From assembly GCA_012295275.1 (NCBI GenBank), contig CM022677.1, forward strand, positions 4,154,001 to 4,218,000: DNA of 64,000 bases, given 5' to 3'. Shown piece by piece: positions 57,996-64,000 of this stretch; position 1 is the stretch's first letter, and the number at the start of each line of letters is the position of its first letter. The notes below the pieces were generated by a model that was not told the origin of the DNA, did not search any database, and saw only the letters and a list, made by a program, of their open reading frames with translations. A program made the position numbers and the translations under genes. This DNA comes from Chrysomallon squamiferum. Taxonomy: Eukaryota; Animalia; Mollusca.

Positions 57996-59352
57996 AGATG
58001 TATAATTTTTGTATGTGTATGTATCATTTGGTTTCTTCACAGATCAAACAACAAGAGAGTTTTTCTGGAACATAACACTTCCAGTGAGGAATATTTCCAC
58101 AACATCTGATGGAGTTCTGAAATTTCTTGTTAAAGACAAGACAAACAACTTGACAGGGCAGTATGTACCAAACATTGTGTTCTGTGGATGTCAGCAGGCT
58201 TCACAGTGTTTTTATCAGTTAGTGGAATATTTTTCAAATAACACTAAAGGTAAGGACATTTATTTATTTATTTGTAAAAAAGATTTTCATTGATTGACTG
58301 ATTTTTTTATTTTTTTATTATTATTTTTTTTATTTATTGTTTGTTTCGTGCCGTTTTCTTTAAATTATTTATTTGTTTATTTACATCTTTTTTATTTGTT
58401 TTACTGGGTTTTTTTTTTTAAATTATATGTATTTTATATTCTAATAAATTGTTGTTTTTTTCTCTCAGTATTTCTTTGTATTATATTTCCTAGTAGATAA
58501 ATAAATAAATCTGTGCTTGTATTCATGTGTATATAAGTAAGTAAATGAATGTGTGTGATAAAGCAACAAATATCTTTCTATACCTACTTATATATAAAAA
58601 AAAAATAATAATAATAAAAAAAAAAAAAAAAAAATTAACATTTAAAATTTGGATCAGTTTATAAAATGTTTATTTAGAATAATTATGAATGTTTGTCAGT
58701 GCTTTCAGGAATGTTTTACCAAGTTCCCTGTGACTGTCATGGGGAATCTTCTGGCAGATTCTGTGAGGAAATGGTGAATGTGTGTAAACAGAAGTGTTAC
58801 CCTGAGTCTTGCAAAAACTCATCAAGTGCAACATGTCCTCCATGTCCTGCTGGACTCAAAGGAAATGGAAGCAAATGTTACGGTACATTTTTATTGTGTA
58901 AAAATAAAATAAAGCAAATGTGTATTTTATTTTAATATTTAACTATTTTAATATTTTAATATTTTAATATTTTATATTTTATAATTTTAATATTTTATAA
59001 TTTTAGTATTTTAATATTTTAATTATTAAATTGTCAGTTGTATCAGAAGTGGTTAGCAGAAAAAGAATCAATTATATCTGCCTTCCCATAGAGTGGAATG
59101 CACAGTTTGTTTTCTGAAAATTTTAATAAAGTCTATGTGAAAAATATGCATGTTAATGTTAATTTTATTGTTGTTGTTGTTATTATTATTATTATTATTA
59201 TTATATATTTATTATTATTATTTTATTATTATTTCTATTATTAGTTTTCTTTATTATTATTATTAATGTAACATCTATTTATATTTTATTTACTTGTATA
59301 TTTATTTTTATTCATTTGTTTATTTATTATTTACATATATTTATTTGTTTAG

Positions 59353-59406
<54 letters not shown>

Positions 59407-60023
59407 ATATCTGTCTACCTATCTATCAGTCAATATATCTATCTATCTATAAATATATGTTTTATTTATTTATTTATTTTATCTTGTTGAAGTACTTCTT
59501 CTGAAACATTCTGATTTCCCAAGCAAACAATTTGTTTTTATTTTATTTATTTTTCTTAGGTGAAGATAAATGTTTACCAGGTAAACATCTGTGTGAACAA
59601 ATGTGTGAAAATACTGCTGACAGTTTTGTGTGTAAATGTAAAGCAGGCTACTCCCTTGTAAACAAGACACACTGTACAGGTAATTACTTATATGTTTAAT
59701 ATTGGAGACGTAATAAGGTGAAATTCATATACTACAGTAAGAGTTTCAATTTAATATTGAACAGGTAACATGATTTGAATGTTTACATGTGAATTTTTTG
59801 TGTTAGTATTTTCCAGGTGAGATTTAAAAAAAAAAAAAAATAATAATATTGTAAAGGTAAAATTTTAAAATTAACATCATATAGTTGAAATTTTAAAATT
59901 AGTATTTATTTCAGTACTGTCTTGATTTTGATTATTATTATTATTATTATTATTATTGTTATTATTGTTATGATTATTATTTTCTTTTATTACTGAATAT
60001 AAATCATTAATATTACTGTTGAT

Positions 60024-60063
<40 letters not shown>

Positions 60064-60587
60064 ATTACCTTCGTTTTGGTACCCAGTAGCTGGAGTGTTA
60101 TTAATTCATTCATTCATTATCGTCAAGATTTCTGTTTGATGTAAATGAGATATTGTTAAGTTTCTTTTTTCTTTCTTTATTTTTGGTCAGACATTGATGA
60201 ATGTACAGCTAATGACACATTGTGTACAGACACTGGACACAAATACTGTGTCAACACACCTGGTAGTTGGAGATGTCAGTGTAGATCTGGGTACAAGGGA
60301 GACAACTGCAATATTAGTAAGCTTAGAGTAATGGGACTTATTTTACGATAAAAGATTACATTTGAATGTGTTTTTAAGTAATTTAAAAATTAAAAATTAA
60401 ATTTTTCCTTCATTTTTTGTTTATTTGTAGTGACTGCATATAATTATATGATATTAAAAAAATTTTTTTTTTTTTTTTTTAAACATTAATTTTCTTCTTT
60501 ATTTTCAGTAAATAAATTTAAAAAAAAAAAAAATTATTTATGTGTGCATGTTGAAACATTAAAATTGTAAAGAATAATTATATCTGT

Positions 60588-60654
<67 letters not shown>

Positions 60655-62022
60655 CTATATATCTCTCTCAGCCTCTGCCTGTCTATCTTTCTATCTGTCT
60701 GCCTTTCACTGTCTCACTGTTGTTTGTTTCAATGTAGGGGTGTCTCATGTCTATGGAGGATCTCTAGTTTTTGCTCAAGTTCCTGCTGCAAAACAGGTCT
60801 GGACTGATGAAAATTCCATGGCTTTTAAAGATTTGGCAAAACATGTTGAAGCAGTGGTGTGTATCACTTTTTCCTCTTTTGATATCAGTTATATGCTAAA
60901 ATGGTTTGTTACATAATTCATTATTATTATTATTATATTAATATTTCATATTTATATATAATCTAGTCTATAATGCTTTTATATATACACACACACACAT
61001 ACACACATATAAATCCCATTTTAGTGTAATAAGATTTTTACTTATACAAATCACATGTTACTGTAATAGGTTTTTACACATACAGATCACATGTTAGTGT
61101 AAAATGTTTTTTTACATATACAAATCACGTTACTGTAATAAGTTTTTACATATACAAATCACATGTTACTGTAATAAGTTTTTACATATACAAATCACAT
61201 GTTACTGTAATACGTTTTTACATATACAAATCACATGTTACTGTAATAAGTTTTTACACTTACAAATCACATGTTACATACAAAAATGTTACTGTAATAA
61301 GTTTTTACATATACAAATCACATGTTACTGTAATAAGTTTTTACATTTTTACTGTAATAATAATGTTACTGTAATAAGTTTTACATATACAAATCATGTA
61401 CATGTTACTGTAATAAGTTTTTACATATACAAATACAAATCACATGTTACATACAAATGTTACTGTAATGTTTTTTTACAAATCACACGTTACTGTAATA
61501 ATGTTTTTACATGTTACTGTAATAAGTTTTTACATATACAAATCATACATTACTGTAATAATGTTTTTACATGTACAAATCACATGTTACTGTAATAAGT
61601 TTTTACATGTACAAATCACATGTTACTGTAATAATGTTTTTACATGTACAAATCACACGTTACTGTAATAAGTTTTTACATGTACAAATCACATGTTACT
61701 GTAATAATCACATGTTACTGTAATAAAGTTTTACATATACAAATCACACGTTACTGTAATAATGTTTTTACATGTACAAATCACATGTTACTGTAATAAA
61801 GTTTTTACATATACAAATCACACGTTACTGTAATAATGTTTTTACACATACAAATCACACGTTACTGTAATAATGTTTTTACATGTACAAATCATGTTCC
61901 TATATTTTTATCTGCAGATTAAGAGTGTATTTGAGAAATCAGGTTTGAAATAATTGTTATCTGTAACAGTTGTCAAGTTTGAACTGGTGTCCACTGAAGG
62001 GTAAGATTTGTTATCACTAATG

Positions 62023-62063
<41 letters not shown>

Positions 62064-63526
62064 TCTGTGTGTCATGTGTGTTGTGTAAGGATTTATATGT
62101 GTTTGCTTATTTATATATCAGTTTGTGAAATTATATACTTCAGGTTTGTGCACGTTTTTATATACAAATGTATAATCTGTATATGTGCCTGTATGTTCAT
62201 ATGAATTTATGTGTGTATTTCTTTGTGTGTTTTTATTAGTGTATATGTGAGTCTGTATATAGCTGTTTATATTTATATGAGTAAGTACATATGCGTATGT
62301 GTATTTGCCTACATTTGCATTTGCAAGGTAAAAGGCTGACAAACAGAGATTTAGATGAATATTATTCATTGATTTAAATTTCTGATGATTTCATAACATC
62401 TTTAAGTTTTCATATATTTAATTTTTCTTAAATCCTTCCAGACAATACAGACAAGATTTACACTTCAAAAAACAACAACAGCAATAGCAACAATATTAAC
62501 ACTTTTATTTATTTTTTACTTGATATCTAGTTCAAGACGAAAACGATCAGTATCTCTAAATAATTACATTAACACTACATATGAAATTGGTCTCAACAAA
62601 CAAGTTCCTGCAAAAGAACTGAACAGTGTTTTCAATGAAGGTTTTGACAGCAGCTGCAAAAATGGCGGAAAATCCTGTTTGTTTGGAAATGACACATATA
62701 ATCTTGTAGGTGTTTCAAAAGATCAGTCGGACATCAAAGGTAATTTTCCTGACTCTTTGTTTGAAAGAGTTATTCACTTAATTAGAGTTATCTCCCTTGT
62801 GGTCAGGTTTAGTCATGTGATATAAAAAATTATTAGATGTGTGTTTATGGAGAGGTAATAGGGTTATAGTTTCTAGTTTGCAGATTTAAGATTTTTGTGA
62901 CATATGTTGCCAAGTGATTGTTTTTTGAGAACTTGACAAAAGTCTTAAATTATAGTGAATTATGATGATAATATAATAAGATGATAAGATTCTTGTATTG
63001 TTTAATAATAGAAATAATATAATAATAACACTGATATTACTACTGCTACTACTACTGCTACTACTGCTGCTAATAATAATAATAATTAGTAGTAGTAATA
63101 GCATCATCATTATCATCATCAACATCATTATTATTATTAAACCTGTGTATTATTATTTATTTTTTTAATCATTGTTTTTTTATTTCATCATAATCACTGT
63201 CATTACTATTTATCACATTTCTAACCTGCTACAAACTAAGAAATGATTTTTGTTCTCGCAGACACGTACAATCTGTGTGACAGTGACGACAACAACGACT
63301 GTCACGATGCATCAGTGTTTTGTTATTCTGAGAATGGGACTTACTCCTGCAAGTGTAGGGAGGGGTTCAAGCCTTGGCCCATATACAAAAATATCTGTGA
63401 AGGTTTGAAAGAGTTATTCATTTTTTTACAGTTATCTCCCTTGTTTTCATATTTAGTTAAGGTGGATTCAGTAAAATATTTGCTTTTATTTGTGAGTGTG
63501 TTTGTGTGTGTAATCACATACATACA

Positions 63527-63569
<43 letters not shown>

Positions 63570-63972
63570 TTATACAGACACACACAGAGACACACACACA
63601 CACACACACACACAGACACACACACTCACAGACACTCAGTCCATTACAAACACATTTAAACTTATTCACGCCATATTTTATAACTTAAAGAATCTTTTTT
63701 TTTTTTTTTTTTTGTTTCATAAATATTGCTTGACCTAAATTCACAAACACTGGCCACTATATTTTTGTTTGTGAAATGCAATTTAAAAAATTAAAAAATC
63801 CTGTTTACTGATAAATTATTATCTTGTCTTACAGATGTTGATGAATGTTTAGAAAACAAAATTAAACAGCTCTGTGGTGAGGAGGGCATCGACTGTGTCA
63901 GCGTTCCTGGCAACTACACCTGCACATGTAAAGATGGATACAAGTGGATGGGTGTCAGTGAAAAGTGTGCAT
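54957..63972 (+). pseudogene. MUC4-like (mucin-like) VWD / Ig-like / EGF / cbEGF / SEA gene, probably pseudogenised, continuing past the window
   Basis: Exons 54957-55157 (stops), 55405-55515 (disrupted), 55893-56022 (VRIPQKFAKGLTGLI, VWD end), 56522-56797, 57280-57435, 58043-58249, 58709-58882 (EGF), 59560-59679 (EGF), 60191-60316 (DIDEC cbEGF), 60738-60856, 61918-62000 (SEA-like, TAA at 61951), 62531-62739, 63262-63402 (EGF) and 63835-63972 (DVDEC). Phases chain correctly from 55893 onward. Confidence 0.85.
61020..61897. repeat. ~37-bp intronic minisatellite (tacatatacaaatcacatgttactgtaataagttttt)
   Basis: More than 20 variable units. Confidence 0.93.
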
Positions 63973-64000
63973 GTAAGTTTCTTTGTTAAAATGTGATTGT

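Overview
Eukaryotic, very AT-rich, microsatellite-dense genomic DNA. The style suggests a coleoid cephalopod or similar mollusc, but that is inference. Most entries in the ORF track are simple-repeat artefacts. Reading splice sites by hand reveals a run of intron-containing gene relics, and every model I could build carries stops, frameshifts, splice lesions or deletions: (1) an unknown multi-exon gene with a PDZ-like fragment (2.0-4.3 kb, -); (2) two paralogous gene 5' ends with minisatellites in their putative 5' UTRs (6.5-12.3 kb, -); (3) a KASH5/LRMP-like EF-hand plus coiled-coil gene (15.3-22.7 kb, -); (4) the 3' half of ABCC4/MRP4 (26.2-33.1 kb, +); (5) a possible caspase-fold relic (48.1-50.9 kb, -); (6) a MUC4-like VWD/EGF/SEA gene running off the end of the window (55-64 kb, +). 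There are also hAT, Tigger-like and PHD-bearing pogo-like transposon fragments. The most unusual pattern is that several complex tandem arrays were amplified from inside exons or UTRs, including a 2.7-kb satellite bracketed by a 75-bp direct repeat. No intact gene, RNA gene or CRISPR array is supported. Family assignments rest on remembered motifs, not database searches.
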